Shown: positions 47,601-54,768 of the stretch, in pieces
Position numbering within the stretch: the first letter of the stretch is position 1
How the letters are laid out: the number at the start of each line of letters is the position of its first letter
Source: Epithemia pelagica
Lineage: Eukaryota > Protista > Bacillariophyta
Direction: 5' to 3'
DNA: 64,000 nucleotides
Assembly: GCA_946965045.2 (NCBI GenBank)
Contig: OX337230.1
Location: 558,001 to 622,000, forward strand
Notes under the pieces: model-generated
What the model was told of the DNA's origin: nothing
The model's database searches: none
What the model saw: only the letters and a program-made list of their open reading frames with translations
Made by a program: the position numbers and the translations under genes

Positions 47601-50600
47601 TCGTCCGTGACAATGGATCAATTGGCAACGCAATGGGGATCTATGAATCAAGATGAGGACAAGAGTTCGACAATGCCACCTACAGCCGCCTTTGTTACGT
47701 CTGCACCAGCGACGCCTACTACACCAGCAACAATCAAGGAAAGTGCCAAACCAGCAGAACCGCCAGTGGTTTCGTCCGTGACAATGGATCAATTGGCAAC
47801 GCAATGGGGATCTATGACTCAAGATGAGGACCCGAGTTCGACAATGCCACCTACAGCCGCCTTTGTTACGTCTGCACCAGCGACGCCTCCTACACCAGCA
47901 ACAATCAAGGAAAGTGCCACACCAGCAGAACCGCCAGTGGTGTCGTCCGTGACAATGGATCAATTGGCAACGCAATGGGGATCTATGGGATCTATGACTC
48001 AAGATGAGGACACGAGTTCGACAATGCCACCTACAGCCGCCTTTGTTACGTCTGCACCAGCGACGCCTACTACACCAGCAACAATCAAGGAAAGTGCCAA
48101 ACCAGCAGAACCGCCAGTGGTTTCGTCCGTGACAATGGATCAATTGGCAACGCAATGGGGATCTATGAACAAAGATGAGGACCCGAGTTCGACAATGCCA
48201 CCTACAGCCGCCTTTGTTACGTCTGCACCAGCGACGCCTCCTACACCAGCAACAATCAATGAAAGTGCCAAACCAGCAGAACCGCCAGTGGTGTCGTCCG
48301 TGACAATGGATCAATTGGCAACGCAATGGGGATCTATGAATCAAGATGAGGACACGAGTTCGACAATGCCACCTACAGCCGCCTTTGTTACGTCTGCCAC
48401 AGCGACGCCTCCTACACCAGCAACAATCAAGGAAAGTGCCAAACCAGCAGAACCGCCAGTGGTGTCGTCCGTGACAATGGATCAATTGGCAACGCAATTG
48501 GGATCTATGAATCAAGATGAGGACACGAGTTCGACAATGCCACCTACAGCCGCCTTTGTTACGTCTGCACCAGCGACGCCTCCTACACCAGCAACAATCA
48601 AGGAAAGTGCCAAACCAGCAGAACCGCTAGTGGTTTCGTCCGTGACAATGGATCAATTGGCAACGCAATGGGGATCTATGAATCAAGATGAGGACACGAG
48701 TTCGACAATGCCACCTACAGCCGCCTTTGTTACGTCTGCACCAGCGACGCCTCCTACACCAGCAACAATCAAGGAAAGTGCCAAACCAGCAGAACCGCCA
48801 GTGGTGTCGTCCGTGACAATGGATCAATTGGCAACGCAATGGGGATCTATGACTCAAGATGAGGACCCGAGTTCGACAATGCCACCTACAGCCGCACTTT
48901 TTTCGTCTGCACCAGCGACGCCTCCTACACCAGCAACAATCAAGGAAAGTGCCAAACCAGCAGAACCGCCAGTGGTGTCGTCCGTGACAATGGATCAATT
49001 GGCAACGCAATGGGGATCTATGAATCAAGATGAGGACACGAGTTCGACAATGCCACCTACAGCCGCCTTTGTTACGTCTGCACCAGCGACGCCTCCTACA
49101 CCAGCAACAATCAAGGAAAGTGCCAAACCAACAGAACCGCTAGTGGTTTCGTCCGTGACAATGGATCAATTGGCAACGCAATGGGGATCTATGAATCAAG
49201 ATGAGGACAAGAGTTCGACAATGCCACCTACAGCCGCCTTTGTTACGTCTGCACCAGCGACGCCTCCTACACCAGCAACAATCAAGGAAAGTGCCAAACC
49301 AGCAGAACCGCCAGTGGTGTCGTCCGTGACAATGGATCAATTGGCAACGCAATGGGGATCTATGACTCAAGATGAGGACCCGAGTTCGACAATGCCACCT
49401 ACAGCCGCACTTTTTTCGTCTGCACCAGCGACGCCTCCTACACCAGCAACAATCAAGGAAAGTGCCAAACCAGCAGAACCGCCAGTGGTGTCGTCCGTGA
49501 CAATGGATCAATTGGCATCGCAATGGGGATCTATGAATCAAGATGAGGACACGAGTTCGACAATGCCACCTACAGCCGCCTTTGTTTCGTCTGCACCAGC
49601 GACACCTCCTACACCAGCAACAATCAAGGAAAGTGCCAAACCAGCAGAACCGCCAGTGGTGTCGTCCGTGACAATGGATCAATTGGCATCGCAATGGGGA
49701 TCTATGAATCAAGTTGAGGACACGAGTTCGACAATACCACCTACAGCCGCCTTTGTTACGTCTGCACCAGCGACGCCTCCTACACCAACAACAATTTCAA
49801 GTCCCTCTAATGCAGCTTTCAGCAAGGAAATGCCAAAGCCCCTCGAAGTCCGTGGTGCTGTGCCAGTTTCGAAGGATTCAGGTACTTCGACGGTCAACGA
49901 TGAAGGAAGAGTTTCTTCAAGGAATAAGGAAAGTTTGAAGGATGCTTCAGGCAAGGTCGACTCACAATTTTCGCCTGGTGATTTCGCATCTATTGGAACA
50001 CCGAATAAGAAGACAGTCTCTGACAAGGATGGAAGCAAGGCAGTGACGAGATCTTTTCCATTGGGAGAAAGCAAGAGGAAGGTTCCAGATAGTGCTGCAT
50101 CTCCACCAAAGAAATCGTTTACGACATTTGATGAATTTGATGAGTCGGAAGAAGAAGCAAGTGTCTTGTTGCCTCTTGTGTTGACGATTGGATTTTCGGT
50201 CGGACTGTCTCTCCTGGCCTTGCTGCCTCTGGGAATGATTGATTTGTTTTCCGAGTCCAGGAACGCGGGACCCATTGTGCCCGCCACGACCACACGCGTC
50301 GAACCTAGTGTCAAGGGTGGTAGGAGTGAAACCAAATCGTCGGGTGCCTTGTCGAAAGAGTTGGACAAGGACAGAATATCACAAGACATGATAAAGACAG
50401 CAAAGGGTGATGCAACGAAAGCAGACGAAGCAGAAGCGGGGGAGCCGAAATCAGAAGCGGAGAATCAAGGCACAGTCTCAGCCAAGAAGTCAACACGACC
50501 CGCCCAAAAGAAACCATCCAAACCACCCAAACCAGATCCAGCCACACAACGGGCTCTCCGAAAACAGGCCCAACAAGAGCGGGCAACCACACAAGCCAAA

Positions 50601-50879
50601 AAGGTGCAGGATCGAAAAGATGCGGTACAATCCAAAAAGGCGGAACAGGCCAGAATCGTCTCCCAAGCACTCAAGGCCGAACAAGACCGATTGACACCCA
50701 AACCAAAGTCATTACCACCACCACCACCAACGAAAACATCCACGACAAATGTGGTGGAAGATAACAAGAAAGGACTAGACACAACAACACTGAACCAGCA
50801 ACAGCCGCAACCACAACAAGATGATGATTCCGCTCCTCAAACATTTGAGGATGCCATATGGCAATATGTAAATAAGTAG
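38649..50879 (+). CDS. Giant (~4,076 aa; ORF open from 38478) repeat protein: plastid-type presequence, ~60 LAxxWGSMNQD-type motifs, C-terminal TM helix; candidate pyrenoid Rubisco-binding tether
   Basis: One uninterrupted ORF. Hydrophobic segment followed by LVSA-FSTT (F at 38841) and an S/T/R-rich transit-like region. TM VLLPLVLTIGFSVGLSLLALLPLGMI at ~50163-50240, then a K/Q/R-rich tail. The coding call is strong; the functional call is inference. Confidence 0.85.
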   Translation: MVILSTAFGPRQGPSLRRIQTRYPNVVCHHRNGFLLLLLLCFSRWWLLLGTAPTTTRMMLLVSAFSTTTTTTTLQTPLGVSRRRPLQPITTLTRTTRERPTRGGKLSRDRIVLWDSNKSPSFPFFQSDEVGDDDEYDDAFDEYDDDNDSAASKSSSSSTTPRTSVRLQDLAREWAARNLETQSERKHKESPKTMSSSSASFFASSASTTSSKPPRGASSSSSSFKGTGSNRPKTPSPPPPRDPGMPPGGYSFGSMEYHPDMGDSSSSSSSSSSPFGKMQLESYATVQQWVMGGDTPTSTSSSMKKQTSSPTTMSSVTRRTFSVPPIAAHHPYRPARGGSSLTSKTVPASPPAPRPPSTTTKTTTTTMDDLTRQWSSHRPPSDDTGKRADYAPTTIQYDMADPPERSSSSSSNDNDDNKPKEDQPSSAATRSETPRPSVPSPTQSNVKNTTLEELATEWGSRNQDSKEETTTMPPTQVFVSTPPTTTTTPVPTPSSKTPTVSSNVLEQLAMAWTTTNQAHEEHTTMPPTQAFASDKAPVPSVTTTPELPSAETLEEFATTWGSMNQDSQEEKTTMPPTQAFVSTSQTITTPVPTRSPKKPPVSSNVLEQLAMAWTTTNQDHEDKTTMPPTQSFTSTPTIASEEAPVPSATTTPELPSAEKLEELATAWGSMNQDSKEERTTMPPSHVFVSTPPTTTPVTAQVPSPKTSTVSSNVLEQLAMAWTTTNRDHEDKTTMPPTQAFTSTPTIASEEASVPSVTTTPELPSAEKLEELATAWGSMNKDSQEEKITMPPTQAFASTPTTTTPPVTTPSSKTPTVSSNVLEQLAMAWTRTNQDHEDKTTMPPTQAFTSTPTIASQEAPVHSKVTTTPELPSAKKLEELAAAWGSMNQDSQEERTTMPPSHAFVSTPPPTTPVTAPVPSPKTPTVSSNVLEQLAMAWTTTNQDHEEQTTMPPTQAFESAPTTTSEETGVTSIKASEKSSPNKLEELATAWGSRNQDSEEERTAMPPTQAFDSPPSLTKAPSVSTPGPKKPTVSSNILERLAMAWTTTNQDHDDKTTMPPTHAFVSTATATMPKETVMPTPVAPVPVSSTASTMDDLAEAWKTTNQDNDDDKEATVPTTQAFASVPTMAATEIPVPLVSTPPEVSSAKLEELATEWETMNQDRKEETTAMPPTQAFASTHKTTKALPVPTPVPAPKKTPKVSHNVMDKLAMAWTTTNQDTTDTTTMPPTKAFESVPTTTSKETPVPSLVSTTPEVHSAKLDELATAWGSMNKDLEGERTTMPPTQAFDSPPTTKTTPETTPALAPKSQTVSSNVLEKLAMAWTTTNQDHEETTAMPPTQAFASIPTAKRPELPAVPTPVAPVPTPVTPVSLTVSMDQLAAAWKTTNQNHDEKATMPPSHVFASTTTATPMETPVPSIATTERGITNLSGELATAWGSMNKDHKDETTTMLPKHPVGSTPTTATTTPVLTPKATQPPTPQTPAVSFGHAMEKLAAAWGLMNQDKSDKVTMLPTEVSASPPKESMAHPVPDTPQTLVPTPPSPRSSAVSIDHLTTAWGSMNQDHDDTSSMPPTQAFSSKPSTPVSTPVPAPKPPVISSVDLDQLAVAWGSMNQDHDDTSSMPPTQAFSSKPSTPVSTPVPAPKPPIISSVDLDQLAVAWGSMNQDHDDTSSMPPTQAFSSKPSTPVSTPVPAPKPPVISSVDLDQLAVAWGSMNQDHDDGSTMPPTQAFIQNQATPYQHETKLSPTSPADGTSKQVTPNQSSSSSTPKSTTSTNSKNVLNNIFENIANIWGSMNQDEDTSSTMPPTAAFVTSAPATPPTPATVKESAKPAEPPVVSSATMDQLATQWGSMGSMTQDEDTSSTMPPTAAFVTSAPATPTTPATIKESAKPAEPPVVSSVTMDQLATQWGSMNQDEDTSSTMPPTAAFVTSAPATPPTPATIKESAKPAEPPVVSSVTMDQLATQWGSMNQDEDTSSTMPPTAAFVTSAPATPPTPATIKESAKPAEPPVVSSVTMDQLATQWGSMTQDEDTSSTMPPTAAFVTSAPATPTTPATIKESATPAEPPVVSSVTMDQLATQWGSMGSMTQDEDTSSTMPPTAAFVTSAPATPTTPATIKESAKPAEPPVVSSVTMDQLATQWGSMNQDEDTRSTMPPTAAFVTSAPATPPTPATIKESAKPAEPPVVSSVTMDQLATQWGSMNQDEDTSSTMPPTAAFVTSAPATPPTPATIKESAKPAEPPVVSSVTMDQLATQWGSMTQDEDTSSTMPPTAAFVTSAPATPTTPATIKESATPAEPPVVSSVTMDQLATQWGSMGSMTQDEDTSSTMPPTAAFVTSAPATPTTPATIKESAKPAEPPVVSSVTMDQLATQWGSMNQDEDTSSTMPPTAAFVTSAPATPTTPATIKESAKPAEPPVVSSVTMDQLATQWGSMNQDEDTSSTMPPTAAFVTSAPATPPTPATIKESAKPAEPPVVSSVTMDQLATQWGSMNQDEDTSSTMPPTAAFVTSAPATPTTPATIKESAKPAEPPVVSSVTMDQLATQWGSMNQDEDTSSTMPPTAAFVTSAPATPPTPATIKESAKPAEPPVVSSVTMDQLATQWGSMNQDEDTSSTMPPTAAFVTSAPATPPTPATIKESAKPAEPPVVSSVTMDQLATQWGSMNQDEDTSSTMPPTAAFVTSAPATPPTPATIKESAKPAEPPVVSSVTMDQLATQWGSMNQDEDTSSTMPPTAAFVTSAPATPTTPATIKESATPAEPPVVSSVTMDQLATQWGSMGSMTQDEDTSSTMPPTAAFVTSAPATPTTPATIKESAKPAEPPVVSSVTMDQLATQWGSMNKDEDPSSTMPPTAAFVTSAPATPPTPATINESAKPAEPPVVSSVTMDQLATQWGSMNQDEDTSSTMPPTAAFVTSATATPPTPATIKESAKPAEPPVVSSVTMDQLATQWGSMNQDEDTSSTMPPTAAFVTSAPATPPTPATIKESAKPAEPLVVSSVTMDQLATQWGSMNQDEDKSSTMPPTAAFVTSAPATPTTPATIKESAKPAEPPVVSSVTMDQLATQWGSMTQDEDPSSTMPPTAAFVTSAPATPPTPATIKESATPAEPPVVSSVTMDQLATQWGSMGSMTQDEDTSSTMPPTAAFVTSAPATPTTPATIKESAKPAEPPVVSSVTMDQLATQWGSMNKDEDPSSTMPPTAAFVTSAPATPPTPATINESAKPAEPPVVSSVTMDQLATQWGSMNQDEDTSSTMPPTAAFVTSATATPPTPATIKESAKPAEPPVVSSVTMDQLATQLGSMNQDEDTSSTMPPTAAFVTSAPATPPTPATIKESAKPAEPLVVSSVTMDQLATQWGSMNQDEDTSSTMPPTAAFVTSAPATPPTPATIKESAKPAEPPVVSSVTMDQLATQWGSMTQDEDPSSTMPPTAALFSSAPATPPTPATIKESAKPAEPPVVSSVTMDQLATQWGSMNQDEDTSSTMPPTAAFVTSAPATPPTPATIKESAKPTEPLVVSSVTMDQLATQWGSMNQDEDKSSTMPPTAAFVTSAPATPPTPATIKESAKPAEPPVVSSVTMDQLATQWGSMTQDEDPSSTMPPTAALFSSAPATPPTPATIKESAKPAEPPVVSSVTMDQLASQWGSMNQDEDTSSTMPPTAAFVSSAPATPPTPATIKESAKPAEPPVVSSVTMDQLASQWGSMNQVEDTSSTIPPTAAFVTSAPATPPTPTTISSPSNAAFSKEMPKPLEVRGAVPVSKDSGTSTVNDEGRVSSRNKESLKDASGKVDSQFSPGDFASIGTPNKKTVSDKDGSKAVTRSFPLGESKRKVPDSAASPPKKSFTTFDEFDESEEEASVLLPLVLTIGFSVGLSLLALLPLGMIDLFSESRNAGPIVPATTTRVEPSVKGGRSETKSSGALSKELDKDRISQDMIKTAKGDATKADEAEAGEPKSEAENQGTVSAKKSTRPAQKKPSKPPKPDPATQRALRKQAQQERATTQAKKVQDRKDAVQSKKAEQARIVSQALKAEQDRLTPKPKSLPPPPPTKTSTTNVVEDNKKGLDTTTLNQQQPQPQQDDDSAPQTFEDAIWQYVNK
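43317..43790 (+). repeat. Three near-identical 153-nt coding repeats (51 aa)
   Basis: MNQDHDD ATGs at 43317, 43470, 43623 and 43776. Confidence 0.9.
44016..49790 (+). repeat. 34-unit coding tandem array, 171-nt (57-aa) unit, five units with an extra 9 nt (GSM)
   Basis: Unit starts step by 171 or 180 nt from 44016 to 49704. Unit: MNQDEDTSSTMPPTAAFVTSAPATPPTPATIKESAKPAEPPVVSSVTMDQLATQWGS. Confidence 0.95.
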
Positions 50880-50987
50880 TTAGAAAGAGAGAACGAGCAC
50901 AGTAATGTGATGCACAAATTAATCTATGTAAATAAGTAGTTAGAAAGAGAGAGCGAACACAGTTAAGACAGGCATGAATTAATCTAT
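50865..50987 (+). repeat. 60-bp tandem duplication covering the stop codon and 3' UTR of the giant gene
   Basis: tatgtaaataagtagttagaaagagaga occurs at 50865 and 50925. Confidence 0.85.
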
Positions 50988-51320
50988 TATCACCGTCCCT
51001 TTCCAGTCCTGTTCATCGGGAAATGGCTATGCGCGCCAAGACTTGTGTATGTGTCTTTCATTTCACATTATCGCGGTTATTCGCTTTGGCTTCGATTCTT
51101 TGGGTCTCGACTGGATGGAAACGCAAGAGAATGAATTGCCAGTCCACAGAAGTTCAAGAAGCAACCGGGTGGTTGGATGCTCGTCGGTGGCCCTTTTATT
51201 GCGTGTAGGTCAACCAAAAGGGATCCAACCTCCAAATCACCATTAAGAGTCCATATTTTGCTCTGTAGACTCTGGAATGCTTTGTCCACACATTTTATCT
51301 CCGTGCTGGTGTGCGCTGTT

Positions 51321-52847
51321 TTAGGCTTGCCACAGGGCCGACTCGCGCTTACCGGGACCATCAAACGGACTCCCTTGTTCCATTTTGTTGTTGTGGTGGT
51401 GGGTGGGTGGTCGAACAAAGGTGGGAATCATTGTGCCACAATCGGTACGAACGTGCCGTGGTTCGTGGGGACACGACTGTTGCAATTCGTCCAAGGATGC
51501 TTGGCGGTGTATGTCCTGGAGATTGACGGCTTTGTACAAGAAATGTTTGTAATACTGGAGTTCCCAACACAGAGCTTGACATAAATAGTCCATAGCCTCG
51601 CGTGTCAAGGGTTGTTGACGCGACAATTGTACCGTGGACGATCGAACCGTCGCAGTGGCATGATGGCGATTGTCAGGAAACACGTGCGATCCATTCAAGA
51701 ACGGAGGTAGCTGATGGGTCGTCGCTGTGTCAGTGCTTGGTGGGGTGTGGGATGACAACCATGCATGAATGGCATTCCAATCTTCCGCCAAGTGTTCGGT
51801 CCGCAACACCAGGATTGTCATGTTCTCCTTCTTGTACTTGTTCTTTTGGATGCGTTGTTGAATCACGTCATGATAATATTCGTAATTGTACCAGGCATGA
51901 TCGGCCAATCGACGAGCTCCCGTCACCATGGCCCAGGCTCGTTCCGGACACGTCATGTTTTCCACATGAGCCGTGTCAATGTGCCACCTCGACGACGACA
52001 ACGTTGTGTTGTCATGGTGGTAGTAATGGTTGCTCGGAATGGTGTTGTTGGTATTGTTGGAGCTCTGCTGCGGTTGTGGTGACGCCAATCCTTGGAGGGC
52101 CAAGTCTTGCAATTGCGCATAGCAATCGACAAACAAGTGCGCCCGCATCCATTGACGTTCCCAATACCAAGCCTTGCGAAAGACTTGATCCGGCCGCGGA
52201 TATTCAACTACCGATTCGTAGGCAAAGGCGGATCGAAACCGATCCAGGGGATTGCGAATCGACACAATCATGGTCGACGCCATGGCGTCACAAGTGTCCA
52301 AATCATGACCCAAGTGAATGTAGCCCCCCTCTTGCACTTGACGGGACAAGGGAGACGTGAGACGAACCACCCCGTAATGGTTCCAGGCCGTGGGGGAATT
52401 GCAAGCGTCTGGATCCACTCCCAACACACAGGACAATAAGCTTCCTGCCGTTTTGCCGACATGAACAAAACACAGTTTGTGGCGATCCAAAGCAGTCGCT
52501 CTTGCAGTTGTTGCGTGTGGCAGCTCAATTGTTACACTTTTACTGGCTGCCCTTACAAGATCCTCGTTTCGTTTCATTGCTTCATTGTGGACCATTTGTG
52601 AGTTCAATGTATCCTGCTCCGAAGATGGCGAGTCGGTCCTCCTGGATCTCTCCAAAGCACCACGACTACTCGTACGCCCATGGACCGTTGTTGTTGTAGT
52701 GGATACAGTGGTGCCCTCCTTGACGAGCACCGAGAATCGATGAATGGCCACCACCACCGAGAGGGTCAATCCAATCATTGTCACACTCCGACAGGATTGT
52801 TTTCGTCTCCAACGGCCGTGGACAGTGTTGGTAGTGGTTGCTCTCAT
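51321..52847 (-). CDS. Golgi-type sulfotransferase-like protein (type II membrane)
   Basis: TM IGLTLSVVVAI; PAPS-binding motifs LCFVHVGKTAGSLL (5'-PSB) and IVSIRNPLDRFRSAF (3'-PB); VLRTEHLAEDW. Confidence 0.8.
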   Translation of the reverse strand: MRATTTNTVHGRWRRKQSCRSVTMIGLTLSVVVAIHRFSVLVKEGTTVSTTTTTVHGRTSSRGALERSRRTDSPSSEQDTLNSQMVHNEAMKRNEDLVRAASKSVTIELPHATTARATALDRHKLCFVHVGKTAGSLLSCVLGVDPDACNSPTAWNHYGVVRLTSPLSRQVQEGGYIHLGHDLDTCDAMASTMIVSIRNPLDRFRSAFAYESVVEYPRPDQVFRKAWYWERQWMRAHLFVDCYAQLQDLALQGLASPQPQQSSNNTNNTIPSNHYYHHDNTTLSSSRWHIDTAHVENMTCPERAWAMVTGARRLADHAWYNYEYYHDVIQQRIQKNKYKKENMTILVLRTEHLAEDWNAIHAWLSSHTPPSTDTATTHQLPPFLNGSHVFPDNRHHATATVRSSTVQLSRQQPLTREAMDYLCQALCWELQYYKHFLYKAVNLQDIHRQASLDELQQSCPHEPRHVRTDCGTMIPTFVRPPTHHHNNKMEQGSPFDGPGKRESALWQA

Positions 52848-53136
52848 TCTTCTCTCTCTCCATCACAACGAATGCACCTTGCTTGGCATTGTCGTCCTGT
52901 GTTGTCGTCATCAGTCGTTTGTGTTTTTTCAAACCAGGTTTCCATCCAACGTCCGAAAAAAGTGAAGGAAGGATCATGATCACGACCAAGACCAACGACA
53001 CGACTGATGGGGCTGGGGTGGCTAAATGAAATAATTTTCATGACCAAACAGCCATGGTTATACCCGATCAGTACCAACCAACACGATTAACACAACATGC
53101 CTCCTCTGTACCGTCCACGAGAAATTCTGTTCATTT

Positions 53137-54768
53137 ATGTCGCTTGAAAACGCCATGAGCCATCTGTTGAGACCAATAGAGGCTGCAAAAGCAACAGAAG
53201 CCGATGTGGAAAAAGTGCGAGCGCAGAAAACGGCCAAGAAGGCAGCCCTGCACACGGAATATTCGGTGCCGCTCTCATTCCTGGAGGACGCTGTCCAGGC
53301 TGCACAACGCAGTGGCGACTCGTTCAATATAGCGGCGATTGGTGAACCCTTTGGAAATTCCAAGGAAGCCTACGTCCGTCAATGCTATGAAGACATTGTG
53401 CAATTGATAAACAATGTCTTGAAAGCAAATGTCGCAGACGAAAAGAAGCAGCTTTTTGTGGTCCGCGGATCCTCAGGGGTCGGCAAATCGACCTTTCTGG
53501 CATACTGCATAGTTCGTCTACAGGCAAATTTCCAAGGAAAGATTGTAGTCTGTCATGCCCAAAAGTCGGTCAAGAGCAACGAGATTGACGGTGTTGATTG
53601 CCAAGTCTGGGAAAAAGGCAGCTTAGTTCTATCCGGAAAATTCCGCCAAGTCCAGACGCAACTCAACCAGCACATCGCAGCTGCCAGTCTAATTGTGATG
53701 GATGGCTGCTCATTGCCAGTTGATCTGGAGGAGTTCACAGGCAAGATTGTAATGGCTGCTTCGCCTAGCTTGTACATAAAGAACATCGAAGCTGCTGTCT
53801 TTATCAACCGTCGAAAAGCCTACACGATGCCAGCTCTTAGCGAGGAAGAGGCACTTGCAATTGCGACGTTGATTGGGATTCCACATGATGTAGTGAAAAC
53901 GAATCTACTCCATATGACCGGTGTTGCACGCTATCTTTTCGAACCAGGTGCTGCAAAACTAAAAGTAGACGAAGTCGTGAAGCAAGTTGACTCTTCCGCC
54001 ATCACCAAAATGGTATCAATGCAAGAGTCCAACAAGGCCACCGAACGCTTTATAGTTCACGCGCTCGTCCTTTGGAAAGTGGACATTTCGAATGGGAGGG
54101 GCTTTGATCAAAACCCCCGATTTGAGCTGGTGTCACGTTATGCCGAATGTCTCGTCGCCAACAAACTTGTCCTTGAATCTGCAGAGGCATTAAAGGCTGC
54201 CAGACAAAGCATGGCTCCACTGTCTGGAGCAGAAGGCTATGCTGGAGCTCTCTTTGAGGCTTATGCAATCCGAACTCTACAGGGTGGTGGCACCTTCACA
54301 CTGCAAAGCCTGGTTGACAACGCAAGTAACAGAAGGTGTGCGTTAAACATTCCAAGTCTCGGAACTCCGGTCGTGGTCGAAACAAACAAGGTGACCATCG
54401 CAAATGTACCTCCCAGCAGAGTGCGTGTTTTTGATGGGAAGGGCGGGTTCGAAGCGACCCTTCTATGGCCAACCACAACAATTTTCCCGACGTTCGATTG
54501 CTTCTACTTCCACACAGATGGGAAACCATATGCTCTACAGATGACCATCGCAAAGATACACAAACTCAACAACAGTGGGGCCCACAATGCCAAGGTATAT
54601 TTCGACACACTTCTTGGTTCGGGGAAACTGCCAGCTTACCCTGTCGTATTCGTTGTACCAGCAGATGCTGCACCGACCTTTGCAGCACAGAAGTTTACTG
54701 GCAATGTAAACAATAATGCACCAAAAGATATGACGCCCCACTTTGAGCAATGGGTCCTTGGCCTCTAG
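53137..54768 (+). CDS. Crinkler/RHS-type protein: P-loop NTPase + REase-fold domain
   Basis: VVRGSSGVGKSTF, LIVMDG, MPALSEEE, GVARYLFE, GALFEAYA, LLWPTTTIFPTFDCF and YALQMTIA; intronless. Confidence 0.8.
   Translation: MSLENAMSHLLRPIEAAKATEADVEKVRAQKTAKKAALHTEYSVPLSFLEDAVQAAQRSGDSFNIAAIGEPFGNSKEAYVRQCYEDIVQLINNVLKANVADEKKQLFVVRGSSGVGKSTFLAYCIVRLQANFQGKIVVCHAQKSVKSNEIDGVDCQVWEKGSLVLSGKFRQVQTQLNQHIAAASLIVMDGCSLPVDLEEFTGKIVMAASPSLYIKNIEAAVFINRRKAYTMPALSEEEALAIATLIGIPHDVVKTNLLHMTGVARYLFEPGAAKLKVDEVVKQVDSSAITKMVSMQESNKATERFIVHALVLWKVDISNGRGFDQNPRFELVSRYAECLVANKLVLESAEALKAARQSMAPLSGAEGYAGALFEAYAIRTLQGGGTFTLQSLVDNASNRRCALNIPSLGTPVVVETNKVTIANVPPSRVRVFDGKGGFEATLLWPTTTIFPTFDCFYFHTDGKPYALQMTIAKIHKLNNSGAHNAKVYFDTLLGSGKLPAYPVVFVVPADAAPTFAAQKFTGNVNNNAPKDMTPHFEQWVLGL

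Noticed and set aside
43962-49712. Long Cys/Arg/Trp/His-rich repeat ORFs on the minus strand (up to 693 aa)
   Set aside because: They are antisense shadows of the 171-nt coding array and are broken wherever the plus-strand unit has a synonymous change.
44016-49790. Regular array as a CRISPR or satellite
   Set aside because: There are no unique spacers or cas genes, all indels keep frame, and the context is eukaryotic.
38649-50879. Giant protein as a plain secreted mucin or gliding adhesin
   Set aside because: Not excluded, but disfavoured: it has an SA-F presequence with a transit-like region, conserved Trp helices in every repeat, and no Cys-rich adhesion domains.
5982-50879. A CO2-concentrating-mechanism gene cluster (SLC4 pair plus pyrenoid candidate)
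   Set aside because: The genes are ~30 kb apart with many unrelated genes between them, both SLC4 copies look disabled, and co-location is expected by chance.
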